A DNA stretch of 64,000 nucleotides from Squalus acanthias (Eukaryota), in assembly GCA_030390025.1 (NCBI GenBank), contig CM059432.1, forward strand, positions 109,122,001 to 109,186,000, written 5' to 3'. Under the pieces are notes generated by a model. That model was not told the DNA's origin, made no database searches, and saw only the letters and a list, made by a program, of their open reading frames with translations. This document shows, in pieces, positions 1-11,909 of the stretch; the stretch's first letter is position 1; every line of letters begins with the position of its first letter. A program made the position numbers and the translations under genes.

Positions 1-140
1 TTTACCTCAGTTTAATGTCTCATCTGAAAATCGGCACCTCCGACAGTGCAGCACTCCGTCACCGCTGCACTTAAGTGTCAGCCAGGATTATGTCCTGGAG
101 TGGGGCTTGATCCTTCTGACTCAGAGAGTGTTAACCATTT
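1..140 (-). mobile_element. tRNA-derived SINE fragment (DeuSINE/SacSINE1-like)
   Basis: Same sequence as the 5' part of the copies at 378-830, 39009-39430 and 48219-48662 (ctcagtttaatgtctcatctgaaa...gtgtcagcc...ttctgactcaga). Confidence 0.7.
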
Positions 141-377
141 GTGTAAAATAAAACAGTACTAGTCTGTAGATGGCACAGTGCTTTGGAGATCTGTGGCACA
201 TGGAGATATGATGCAGATTCATGCTTACAGCAAGTGGCTAATTAGGGGAGGTGTTGATTGAAGACTAGACAGGGAAGGAGGTGAAATCTGGTTGTGAGCC
301 ACCACAGGACTACTCTTACACAATCACGCTTGTATCCGTAGCAGAGGCCTGGGAGTAGGTAATTTTCATGTCCTTCA

Positions 378-830
378 AAAGAAAAGAAAGAACTTGTATT
401 TACATAGCATCTTTCATGACCTCAGGATGTTCCAAAGTGCTTTACAACCAATGAAATACGTTTGAAGTGTAGTCACTGTTGTCATGTAGGGAAAACCAGC
501 AGGCAATTTGTGCACAGCAAGCTTCCACAAACAGGAATATAATAATGACCAGATAATCTTTTATTAGTGATGTTGGTTGATGGATAAATATTGGCCAGGC
601 CACCATGGAAGCTTCCCTACTCTTCTTAGATATAGTGCCATGGGATCTTTTACATCCACTTGAAAGGGCTGATGGGGCCTCGGTTTAACGTCTCATCTGA
701 AAGACGGCATCTCCAACAGTGCAACACTGAAGTGTCAGCCTAGATTATGTGCTCAAGTCTCTGGAGTGTGGACTTGGTCCCATAAACTTCGGACTCAGAA
801 ACAAGAGTGCTATCACTTAGCCATGGCTGA
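378..830 (-). mobile_element. tRNA-derived SINE, near full length (DeuSINE/SacSINE1-like)
   Basis: On the minus strand: tRNA-like head, central gatgagacgttaaaccgaggcccc core, and (ttct)n tail. Dispersed copies occur elsewhere in the window. Confidence 0.75.
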
Positions 831-1336
831 CCTTATGGGTGAGAAATTGGTTTCAGTAGCGCCTGTTTTTTGGGTGCTATGAGTGGCATTAAGGATCTAA
901 AATGGCGTCCGTGGCATGTGCACATTTCTGACATGAAGGCGTTAGTGGTAAAGGCGTTAGTGTGCACGCAGTTAATGTCCGCCGACAGTATGCAGAGCAG
1001 GCAGATCATGACGTCAATCAGTGTGCAACGCTGATTTGAAGTCAGCACTGCCATTTTGAAGTTCCACACTCCAGCCGGCACACTCTCCTAACCTTGCACG
1101 GCTGAACATGCGTTAAGCAGCAGAAAAAAAAACCATCAGCGCTATTTAAAGGGATCATCAACTACTTACAGGTTAGTTGCTGGTTGATCTCTTCTGGCTA
1201 TTGCTACAATTCTACATGTTTTTGGTGCTTCCCATAGTTGTTTCAAGTTGCAAATGTCTACGGGGAGTGGTGTGGCAGGAGCTGAAGTACTTTTTGCTGA
1301 CTTCAAGATTTCTGCACAAACCAATTGCTCCCAGAC

Positions 1337-2068
1337 ATGGGTGTGCTCGTAGGCCTTCCTCTTGAAATTGAGCATAACTGACAGAATGAGCAGAGGCCAC
1401 GTAGAGCAGGACAAGCTGCTCTAACAGGGAGGAGGAGGAGGGGGAGAAGGGCTCTCATCAGGTGGCCATAATCGCCCAGGGTGTTCAGGGAGCAATTCTC
1501 CTACCAGAATCTTAGCGACAACCAATGTTTGAGATGTCTGCACTTTACTAAGTATCCTGGCAGCAGTCATGATGTTTCATTCTGTGGCAGTCCACTGTGC
1601 CAGCTGTATTTCAGCCACCACGGCAAACCAAAGGGTGGCTACTGGGTGACAAGTGCTATCTGCTGACGACATGGCTCATGACCGGTTCGTAACCCACACA
1701 CACGCGCACAGCATGCATATAATGAGAGCCATGCTGCCACAAGAAATGTGATAGAACAGACCATTGGCGTGCTGAAGCAACGATTCCGCTGCCTGGACCA
1801 CTCTGGAGGAGCCCTGCAGTACTCGGCTGAGCAGGTCTCAAGATTTGTGGTGGTATGCTGCATGCTGCACAACCTTGCCATCAGGAGGGGACAGCCCTTG
1901 CCACCACCTATCAGGCAAGATGCTAAGGAGCAGGAGCACGAGGAGGAGGAGGAGGACGTCAAAGAGGAGGAGGCGGAAGAGGAGGAAGAGGAAGGGAGGC
2001 TGCAACCTAGACAGCCCTTTTCTGCCTGGGCTCAAAGTGAAGAACTATTTCAGGTCCGATACAATTAG
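1337..2068 (+). pseudogene. Harbinger (HARBI1-like) DDE transposase, internally deleted and frameshifted
   Basis: Motifs [39 protein letters not shown]...CCMLHNLAIRRG, followed by an acidic tail. Confidence 0.85.
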
Positions 2069-2299
2069 CCTCAACCCCAATTCCCATTCACCAACAGTCC
2101 CACACTCCTTACCTTCCCTCTGTCACTGACCATTACATCGCCCTCTTGACCACAATGCAAAAATAAAAACCAACACACTATAAATATTCCAAACCAAATT
2201 TATAAATTAAGTCATGCCATATTGAATACAAACTTAAACCAATCACCTTTGTGCATTCCCTTAGTGCCTGTCTTGCCTGTGCCTTGGCCTGTCCTAGTG

Positions 2300-5262
2300 C
2301 TGCTCTGGACTGCTACCCCAGTGGCTGCAGCATGGCTGGCGAAAGGCCGCTGACTTTCAGTGGAGGAGACAGCAGATGGCCTTGTAGGACGACCTCAAAC
2401 AGCTCTGCCCGGCTTCAGACTGCACCATCTCGGCATGGGTGGCAGCAGTCTGGGCTGGCTGGCTGACGGGCAACAGCAAGGGCACTGGCGGAGCGGCAGG
2501 GATGGGAGCATGAATGCTGTCATCCTGAGAGAGGACAGCAGGTTCGTGCTCCATGGAGTCACTGCCACTCCCCAGGGGCGGCGCCTCCACAATCGTAATA
2601 ATCTGTTGGAGGACAGATTGCTGGACTGCTGTGACACCCTGCAAACCACTTTGAGCACTGTATTCCACAGCCATGATGACAGCAGTCTGAGCTTGCACAG
2701 CAGCAAGCTGACCTTACATGACGTTTGTCTGAGCTTCAACTGCAGCACGTAGAATTTTGGTGGAAGTTGCTTGTGCTACAATGGAAGCTGAGACATCGGC
2801 CATCAGACGCTGCATCATGGGTGGATCCACAAGTGTCTTGATGGAGTTAGCCACCAGTTCCATGTTTGAGAGGATGGGTTCCATGCTCTGCGCAAAGCCG
2901 TGTGCCAAGTTGATGCTGGACTCCTACATGCTCCTTGATATTGACCGCAGGCTTTCTGGCAGGCTTTTCCTAATGCACTAAGCATTTTGTTGTGTACACC
3001 CATCAGCTTTCTTTTGTAACCTGGCGCACCACAGTCCTCGTGAGTCCTGTGCAGCAGAACTCGTGTGTGACCTCGCACTCCGGGGAGCTGGCACCTGCGG
3101 TACCCTTTCCCCCTGCCCTGGCTGCAGCGCACCTGTGCCCAGTGTCTCACCACATGCAGATCCCGCCTCTATATTATCATAGGATTACATAGAATATACG
3201 GCACAGAAACAGGCCATTCGGCCCAACCAGTCCATGCCGGCGTTTATGCTCCACTTGAGCCCCCTCCCATCTTTTCTCATCTAACTCTATCAGCATAACC
3301 CTCTATTCCCTTCTCCCTCATATGCTTATCTAACCGCCCTTTAAATGCATCGGTATTATTCACTTTAACCACTCCCTGTGGTAGCGTGTTCCACATTCTC
3401 ACCACTCTCTGGGTAAAGAAGTTTTACCTGAATTCCATATTTGATTTCTTGGTGAGTATCTTATATTGATGGCCTCTAGTTATGCTCTTGCCCACAAGTG
3501 GAAACACTCTCTGTATCTACTCTATCAAAACCTTTCATAATTTTAAAGACCTCTATTAGGTCACTCCTCAGCCTTCTCTTTTCAAGAGAAAAGAGACCCA
3601 GCTTGTTCATCCTTTCCTGATAGGTATACCCTCGCATTTCTGGTATCATCCTTGTAAATCTTCTCTGCACCGTCTCCAGTGCCTCTATATTCTTTTTATA
3701 GTATGGCAACCAGAATTGTACGCAGTACTCCAAGTGTGGTCTAACCAAGGTTCGATACCAGTTTAGCATAACTTCACTACTTTTCAATTCTATCCCTCTA
3801 GAAATAAACCCTAGCGCTTGGTTTGCTTTTTTATGGCCTTGTTAACCTGTGTTGCTACTTTTAGTGATTTGTGTATTTGTACTCCGAGATCCCTTTGCTC
3901 CTCTACCCCACCCAGACTCGCACCCTCCAAGTAATAAGTGACCTCCCTATTCTTCCTACCAAAATATAATACCTCTCATTTATCTGTGTTGAATTTCATT
4001 TGCCAATTATATGCCCATTCTGCAAGTTTATCAATGTCTTCCTGTAATTTGTTGCAGTCCTCCTCAGCATTGACTATCCCCCCCCAATTTAATGTCATCC
4101 GCAAATTTAAAAATTGTGTTTTTGATTCCAAAGTCTAAATCATTAATATAAATTGTGAACAACAGTGGTCCCAGCACTGATCCTTGTGGAACACCACTTC
4201 CCACCTTCTGCCACTCTGAATAGCTACCCTTTACTCCTATTCTCTGCTTTCTGTCTTGAAGCCAGCTAGTTATCTATTCTGCTACTTGTCCCCTGACTTC
4301 GCATTCTCTGACCTTATTTATTAGTCTATTATGTGGTACCTTATGCTCTAAGATATGCGCAGTGTCGGTATCTGAGCTGGTGGCTGCAAGTGTGTAATCA
4401 AGTGACAGTGTGTCTTCATCATCACTGTCTTCTTGGTCTTCCTCCAATGCCTGGCCAGGTTGCAGTTCTTGAGTATCTGAAAGGAAAAAGGCACAAGGGT
4501 AAGGTTGTGGTTAGGGGAGGGGGTAAGGTTACACCATCTGCAGCTTGTAAATCAGAAGATATTGTGGGATGAAGGGTAAGTGGAATGTGAAAAGGAGGAT
4601 TAGGTATGAGGATAACATTATCTTCAATGGATTCAGCCCCGCCGCTGGCCATGACCTCAGCAATGGCCCTTCCAATAATGCCCAGCACCGTCTCCTCCAT
4701 GGGGCTTAGAGCATGCAGGCGTGTCTCTCCTTCAGTTAGTTCCTGCTGCTTTGGATTGTGTGCCACTTTCTCCTGCAGGAGAGAGCGAAGTGTGTTAGTG
4801 AGTGTCGTGCAATACGTTTGGGTGATGTGGCTGTCATGGTTGATTAGCTGGCAGTGTGTGTAAGTTGTGGGTGTGAAGCTTGCAGCAGTGTGTGAGGGTG
4901 AGGTGAAGCATATGCATGTTAGGTATGAGTCCTGATTGATAGAGATTGTTGGTAGATTAGTGATGGGTGTGGTGATTTGAGCAGTGGCTGAGGCTAGTGG
5001 TGCAGTTGGTAGGATATGGCATTTGAAGATGCATACACTGACCTTGACCATTCATGTGAGGTCATTAAACTTCTTGCAGCCAGGTCCTTGTGGCTGCACT
5101 CCAGACATTGACCTCTGTGGCTATCTGCTCCCACTGTCTTTTCACCGAGCGTCTGGAGGGCCTCCTGGCCCTTTGCGGATGCAGACGTCTCTCCTCCTTT
5201 CCACCTCCTTCATTAAGGTCTCCAGTGCAGCGTCGGAAAACCTGGTTGCCATGTTCAGCCAT
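2300..5262 (-). pseudogene. Harbinger Myb/SANT-like DNA-binding protein gene remnant (spliced)
   Basis: RQWEQIATEVNVWSAATRTWLQ (5065-5262), exon-like EKVAHN...LSPMEETVLGIIG (~4620-4775), and a coiled-coil-like 3' part at 2357-3150. The 3' boundary is approximate. Confidence 0.7.
3177..4345 (-). mobile_element. CR1 LINE 3' fragment inserted in Harbinger A
   Basis: ORF 3476-3787 YRTLVRPHLEYCVQFW...LEKRRLRSDLIEVFKIMKG (CR1 ORF2 C-terminus), plus a short-repeat tail at the left end. Confidence 0.9.
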
Positions 5263-6717
5263 TCTTCACTCTTTCCCAGGTCAGATTCAGATCACAATGG
5301 ACTCCCAGCACCTGCATCGAACTGGCGTGGGGTAATTGCACATTGCGATCCCCGCGCCCGTTTTCGGGGGCTATCCAATTTAGCCCCCGAAATATGGAAT
5401 TGATCATGAAAAATAAGGGTGCGCGTAAAAAAACGGGATAACTAATTTGTTAAAAAAAACTTCTGAAAGGATAATTACACAACGCAATCTAAAAGCAAAC
5501 AAATGCAGAGCAGATAGATTGTAAAACTACGCCACCTGCCTAGAACATTCTCCCTGATCACACATTATCTGTTGCATATCTGTATTGCTTGAATGATATC
5601 CTTATATGATTGTGGCAAAACAGAAATTTCTTCAACAGTAAATGCTAATAGATGTTTACGTGATGTTTATTGAACACCTAAGCTCGTAGAGTTACAAACG
5701 AAACTTGTTTATATGTATAATGATACACTACATCTACATAGTTTATGTCAAATTGATGCATGTTGCTCTGCTACCTTTGTATGCTGGCGATCGTGCTTCA
5801 GTGCAGTTTGGAGCAAGAGCTGAGAAACTGTAAACCAAGCTTGTGGGAAGTGACAACATGACAAATGTAAGCCAGTGAAAAATGGATTACCTGTACACAA
5901 AACAAAAAAAATGGATACAAATACATTTAGCTGTGATTTATGCATCGTTCACAAATAGGAAAGTTTAAAGCAACATTCTGCCGATAATTTCTTATACTTG
6001 AAATAAGTTCCTCAGATTTTGATGTATAGATGCTTGACATATTTATTTTAAATGGGCTAGCATCTCTCTTACATTAGCAGACAAAGGAATTTCATACAAG
6101 CAATTTAATATTCAAAGATCCTAATATAATTTTTGAGGATAATTCAGTCTAATATAAAACAAAAAATATGCTGTAGTAATTTGCTTCATCAGGTGTATTT
6201 CAATTATGAATTCTTTTCGCAGTTGATTGGCAATCTTGAGAGCATTTAATATTTCAGCATCCCATTTGTGTGCAGCACTATCTTACAATGGTCAGTGTCT
6301 CTGAGACATGCAGGAAAGTGAGTTGAGTTTTGTAACATATAGCACCACTTCATTCTCAAATACCACTTCAGAAAGAACTCTTGAAAGAACAACTTTTAAG
6401 GATTACTGAACATGGCTACAGAAAAATCAGGACTGGGAATTAAACATTGCAGGGTATAACATATTTAGAAAAGATAGAGAGGGAAAAATGGGAGGTGGAG
6501 TAACTGTACTTATTAGGGATAACATACTGGCAGTAGAAAAAACTGATGCAGCTATCAGCAAGACAGAAATAGAATCCATGTGGATAGAGATAAAAGAAAA
6601 TAAAGGATCAATCACACTAATAGGCGTGGTCTACAGGCCACCTAATAGTGGAAGGGAGGTGGAGAAAGAAATATGCAAACAAATTAGGGAAGTGAATAAA
6701 AAGCATAGAATAATCAT

Positions 6718-7218
6718 AGAATCATACAGCACAGAAGGAGGTCATTCGGCCCATCTTGTCCGTGCCGGCCAACAAAGAGCTATCCAGCCTAATCCCACTT
6801 TCCAGCACTTGGTCCTTAGCCTTGTAGGTTATGGCACTTCAAGTGCATATCCAAGTACTTTTTAAATGTGATGAGGGTCTCTGCCTCTGCCACCCTTTCA
6901 GGCAGTGAGTTCCAGACCCCACCACCCTCTGGGTGAAAAAATTTCTCCTCAAATCCCCTCTAAACCTCCGACCAATTACTTTAAATCTATGCCCCCTGGT
7001 TATTGACCCTTCTGCTAAGGGAAATAGGTCCTTCCTATCCACTCTATCTAGGCTCATCATAATTTTATACACCTCAATTAGGTCTCCCCTCAGCCTCCTC
7101 TGTTCCAAAGAAAACAACCCCAGCCTATTCAATCTTTCCTCATAGCTAAAATTCCCCAGCACAGGCAACATCGTAAATCTCCTCTGCACCCCCTCTAGTG
7201 CAATCACATCCTTCCTGT
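6718..7218 (-). mobile_element. Nested antisense CR1 3' fragment
   Basis: ORF 6839-7207 LEQRRLRGDLIEVYKIM. Flanked by duplicated aataatcat (6709-6717, 7219-7227). Confidence 0.85.
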
Positions 7219-8426
7219 AATAATCATGGGGGATTTCAACTACCCCGATATTAATTCGACAGAAGAGGTAGGTAAAGGGGATAAGGGAATGGAGTTCCTA
7301 CTATGTGTACAGGACTCCTTTCTAACCTAATATGTAAAAATCCCAACAAGGGAGGATTCGCTATTGGATCTAGTAATGGGGGATGAACCAGAGCAGATAA
7401 AAGAAGTAAAAGTAGGGGAACATCTAGGCAATAGTGACCATAATATAATACGTTTTAAATTATTATTGAGAAGGACATAAGTATGACAAAGACCAGGGTA
7501 ATAGATTGGAGAAAAACTGATTTGGAGGGGCTGAGAATAGAACTTGGGAAAATAAAATGGGTAACAATATTGGCAAACAATGACATGGAACAGCAATGGG
7601 AAACATTTAAAAAAGTGTTCAACAGAGTCCAGGAAAAATATATTCCACTAAAATACAAGAACAAGCTAAACACTAATGAGATAACATGGATGAATCAAGC
7701 CATAAGGGAAAAATTGAGGCTAAGGAAAGAGGCATACATTAAGTACATGAACAGCAGAGGAGAGCATGGCAAGGGAAAATATGAAGAGATTAGGACAGAA
7801 GTCAAAAAAACAATTAGGAAGGCAAAGAGGAACTATGAAATTAATTTATCAAGGAACATAAAATAAAATAGTAAAATATTTTACAGGCACATCAATAAAA
7901 AAAGGAAGGTCGGGATGGGAATAAGTGATGCACAGGATAATACCACAGGCAGTGATAGAGGGATGGCAGAAATATTAAATAATTACTTTGCTTCCGTATT
8001 TACCAGGGAGATAGAACAGGTGGACATGACATTGGATCAGGAGATTAGTGATGAAATAACTGCATTTCAAAGAAAAGGAGGAGATATATTAAATAAACTA
8101 ATCAAACTCAAAGAGGAAAAAAACCCTGGTCCAGACGGATTACATCTGTGCATTTTCAAAGAATCTCGAGAAGAGACAGCAGAGGCATTACTACACATAT
8201 TTAATAATTCATTAGAAAAAGGTGCAGTGCCAGAGGACTGGCAGATAGCTAACATAATACCTATATTTAAGAAGGGGGATAGAACATGTCCAGGGAACTA
8301 CAGACCAGTCAGCTTAACATCGGTGGTTTGAAAAATAATGCAATCCCTACTAAAGGAGAAAATAGAAGATCATCTAGAAACCAAAAATATAATAATGAAT
8401 AGTCAGCATGGATTTCAAAAGGGAAA

Positions 8427-9092
8427 GGGGGAGAAATTCATTTTCGCCCCGTTTGGGGCGCTAACTTTTAAAAGTTGAGAAAATTAGCGACAGGCGCTAA
8501 TGTTTCTAAACTTTTAAAAAATTCGGTTTTGCGCTCCAGGAAGGAAGTGGAGCGCTAAATCAAGCGCTCCACTTCTTTCTTGGAGCGCAATCGGCAGCAG
8601 GTGGGGTGGAGACTTCAGCAGTGCTGCACACTGGGCCGTGCAGCGCTACCGCGTTCAAAGGCTCCTTCCCTCTCTTAAAGGGAAGGGCCATCACTGCAGG
8701 CTCTGCAATAGAAAAACTACCTACGTGGACCACCAAGGCAGCCGCGATCCCGCGTGATCAGCCCGGCCACCTCACCTTTAATCATCGCCCCCGAAGCGGC
8801 CGGCCACCCGATGCACGCCTCCTGCAGCTATCGGTGTTTTCGACTGGCGCTGCTGCAGGGAGCGGAAGTCAATTTTGGGGCCGGGGCACTACCGGGACGA
8901 TGCGCATGGTGATGACATCACGATCTCCGGGCGAAAGAGATCAGGGCGCAACGCTGTTGCGCTGCACAAAACTCCCGCTGAATATGGCAGGAGTCGATGT
9001 CAGCACCGTGCCCGGTCGCAAATTCATTTGCGCCCTGTTAGCGCCCCCCGGAAGCGCTAACGGGAGGTGCAAAGGCACCCAATTTTGCCCCC
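8427..9092. mobile_element. Harbinger-like MITE, family D
   Basis: TIR gggggagaaatt / aattttgccccc and AAA TSD. Removing it rejoins the CR1 RT (gggaaa|gtgttgcttgacc). Homologous copies at 47315 and 53642. Confidence 0.85.
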
Positions 9093-11627
9093 AAAGTGTT
9101 GCTTGACCAACCTCATTCAATTTTTTGAAGAGGGAACAGAGAGAATAGACAAGGGTAATGCAGTAGATGTAATTTATCTAGATTTTCAAAAGGACTTCGA
9201 TAAGGTACCACATAATAGACTAATGAATAAGGTCAGAGAATGCGGAGCAGAATGGATAGCTAGCTGGCTTCAAGACAGAAAGCAGAGAATAGGAGTAAAG
9301 GGTAGCTATTCAGAGTGGCAGAAGGTGGGTAGTGGTGTTCCACAAGGATCAGTACTGGGACCACTGTTGTTCACAATTTAACACAGATAAATATGAGGTA
9401 TTATATTTTGGTAGGAAGAATAGGGAGGTCACTTATTACTTGGAGGGTGCAAGTCTGGGTGGGGTAGAGGAGCAAAGGGATCTCGGAGTACAAATACACA
9501 AATCACTAAAAGTAGCAACACAGGTTAACAAGGCCATAAAAAAGCAAACCAGGCACTAGGGTTTATTTCTAGAGGGATAAACCTGTATCGAAACTTGGTT
9601 AGACCACACTTGGAGTACTGCGTACAATTCTAGTCGCCAGATTATAAAAAGGATATAGAGGCACTGGAGACGGTGCAGAGAAGATTTACGAGGATGATAC
9701 CAGAAATGCGAGGGTATACCTATCAGGAAAGGATGAACAATCTGGGTCTCTTTTCGCTTGAAAAAAGAAGGCTGAGGGGTGACCTAATTGAGGTCTTTTA
9801 AATGATGAAAGGTTTTGATAGAGTAGATACAGAGAGAGTGTTTCCACTTGTGGGGAAGAGCATAACTAGAGGCCATCAATATAAGATAGTCACCAAGAAA
9901 TCAAATAGGGAATTCAGGTGAAACTTCTTTACCCAGAGAGTGATGAGAATGTGGAACTCGCTACCACAGGGAGTAGTTGAGGCGAATAGTATAGATGCAT
10001 TTAAGGGGAGGCTAGATAAGCATATGAGGGAGAAGGAAATAGAGGGTTATGCTGATAGATTTAGATGAGGAAAGACGGGAGGAGGCTCGTGTGGAGCATA
10101 AACACCAGCATGGACTGGTTGAGCCGAATGGCCTGTTTCTGTGCCATATATCATATGTAATCCTATGTAAATGGATAGACCCATGCATTGCTATCCCATG
10201 GCATTGCTTGTGGATAAAAAGTTTTGCGCTCCGGGCTGAAGCATCTTCTCCTACATTTCTCCCATAAACCTACACCACCAGGGGTTCACATTGTGTATGG
10301 GCATCATTGTTGAGGCATAGCATCTCTCTCACCTGTTTATCGCTGATAAGGGGCTTGGACCATTGTTGGTTCTGGCAGTTGCGTTGTTTCAGGACACACA
10401 AATTCTCTACGTCATCAGCTCCTGGTAGTGATAGACAGCGGGTGTGCACCTGGTATTCTTGGCCAAAACTTCGCTTGAACTTCCCTTCTTCTCCTCCCCA
10501 TTCCCTCATCAGCACGTAGCTAGTCTGTGATAGAGCAGAGCTGTCCGACAGGCCCTGGACCACTCCAGCAGTCAGTCACACAGCGCATTCGGCACATCTC
10601 GCACATAAATTGCCTTTATGTGTCTACTTGGCACTCACTCTCGACCGCTTATCACAGCCCCCCTACCCCAATTCTTTTCTTTTTCTTCTATCCTACAGAT
10701 ATTTCACTCTTGCTTTCCCTTTTCTTCCCAGTCCCTTCCTTACTTCTCATCTCACTTTCGCTCCTGCTTTCCTTTCTTGCTTCTTGCAAAGGTCAGCGCA
10801 GATCGGAGCGTGCAATTGGGAGAAGAAGGTATAGGCTGGGGCGAGTAAGACCAGTGATCCGAAGCAGGAAGGAGAGACCGAGGGCCCAGGGTTATGGTGA
10901 GGAGGCAGGAGCAAGGACCAGGAACAAGCCAGTAGCCTGGGCTATGGAGTGACAATTCTGGGTCTGGAATCTGCACTGGGGTGGTTGGCAGGGGCGGGGG
11001 AGCTGTGCCAGGAGCATGGGGATTGTTTCCTTATAGCCATGTGAGCAATTACATGGTTCCCATGGACCATCTCCATGCTTAAATCAAATGGACAGGCACA
11101 TGGTTACCACGGATCAGCCTATTGTCCAAATTCTGCAGACAAACAGGTACCTACTAATCCAGTTTTATTTTATTAAAACATGCATTTATTTCCCTACGTG
11201 TTTCATGTGTGACCTAGGAGTCGAAAAGGGGAAACCCGTTGTAATTCCTGTCCCAGTGCTAGAAAATTCCATTTAGCAACTGCCACAAGTAAATTACATT
11301 CTAACTTTAGTCAATTGAAAAACAAATCTTGCAAGTAACAGTTCTTTGCGCATCTAATTAGTTCTCACTTCACCTCATCTTTTATGACCTGTTGCAGCTG
11401 TTTCCTGTTGCTGAGATACATGAAGAACTCTTTTCATATCTTTAATGCCAGTGCAGATAACTTGTGCCCTTCTGGAGGCCATGTTTAGCATCCCAGAGCT
11501 TATTCATCAGAGCTTTTTCTGGGCAAAGCACAGTAATTATGGTAGAAGCCTACTCATCGGGCAACAGTTACAGCAAAGAGAGGCAAGCTGGGTTGGGTTT
11601 CAAAAGAAAGAAGTTTAATCATTAAAT

Positions 11628-11869
11628 TGTGGCGGATCGCCACCTAAACGGGCTTTATCCACTTTTCCGTCCGTGGACAATATATCGATGCTCCTTCCCT
11701 TTAAGGCACGTTACCTTTAAGGCAGGAGTGGGTGGGGCCTCAGGATTTTTCCAGGGAATTCTGGGAGCAGTCTGTTCAGCCATTTTGTGCCATGCAGTTG
11801 CATTAAAAAAGTCTCTTGTTTTCCACACATGGATTCAGCCTTAATTCGTGTTTCGCGGCAGCCTCAACA
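11628..11869 (+). repeat. 5' LTR
   Basis: tgtggcggatcgcc...gcctcaaca, a direct repeat of 15743-15984. Confidence 0.95.
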
Positions 11870-11870
11870 T

Positions 11871-11884
11871 TGGTGACCCCGACG
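11871..11884 (+). promoter_or_regulatory. Primer-binding site complementary to the tRNA-Trp 3' end
   Basis: tggtgaccccgacg lies 1 nt after the LTR and is complementary to vertebrate tRNA-Trp ...CGUCGGGGUCACCA. Confidence 0.85.
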
Positions 11885-11909
11885 CTCAGAACGTATTCCG
11901 AGCACTGCA

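Larger units (their letters stand above)
837..5388. mobile_element. PIF/Harbinger DNA transposon, family A (degenerate, interrupted by CR1)
   Basis: Imperfect TIRs gggtgagaaattgg / ccaatttagccccc. Convergent DDE transposase remnant (+) and Myb/SANT remnant (-). No matching TSD seen. Confidence 0.75.
6405..10170 (+). mobile_element. CR1 LINE, 5'-truncated, degraded ORF2 (APE endonuclease + RT)
   Basis: GGGV..YRPPNS, GDFNYP, PGPDG, NYRPVSLTSVV, SGVPQGSVLGPLLF, and a 3' tail atatcatatgtaatcctatgtaa. Interrupted by a CR1 at 6718-7218 and a MITE at 8427-9092. Confidence 0.9.

Noticed and set aside
740..830. tRNA gene
   Set aside because: It is the degenerate tRNA-like head of a SINE.
1337..2068. 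Domesticated HARBI1 gene
   Set aside because: Frameshifted, internally deleted and inside a TIR-bounded element.
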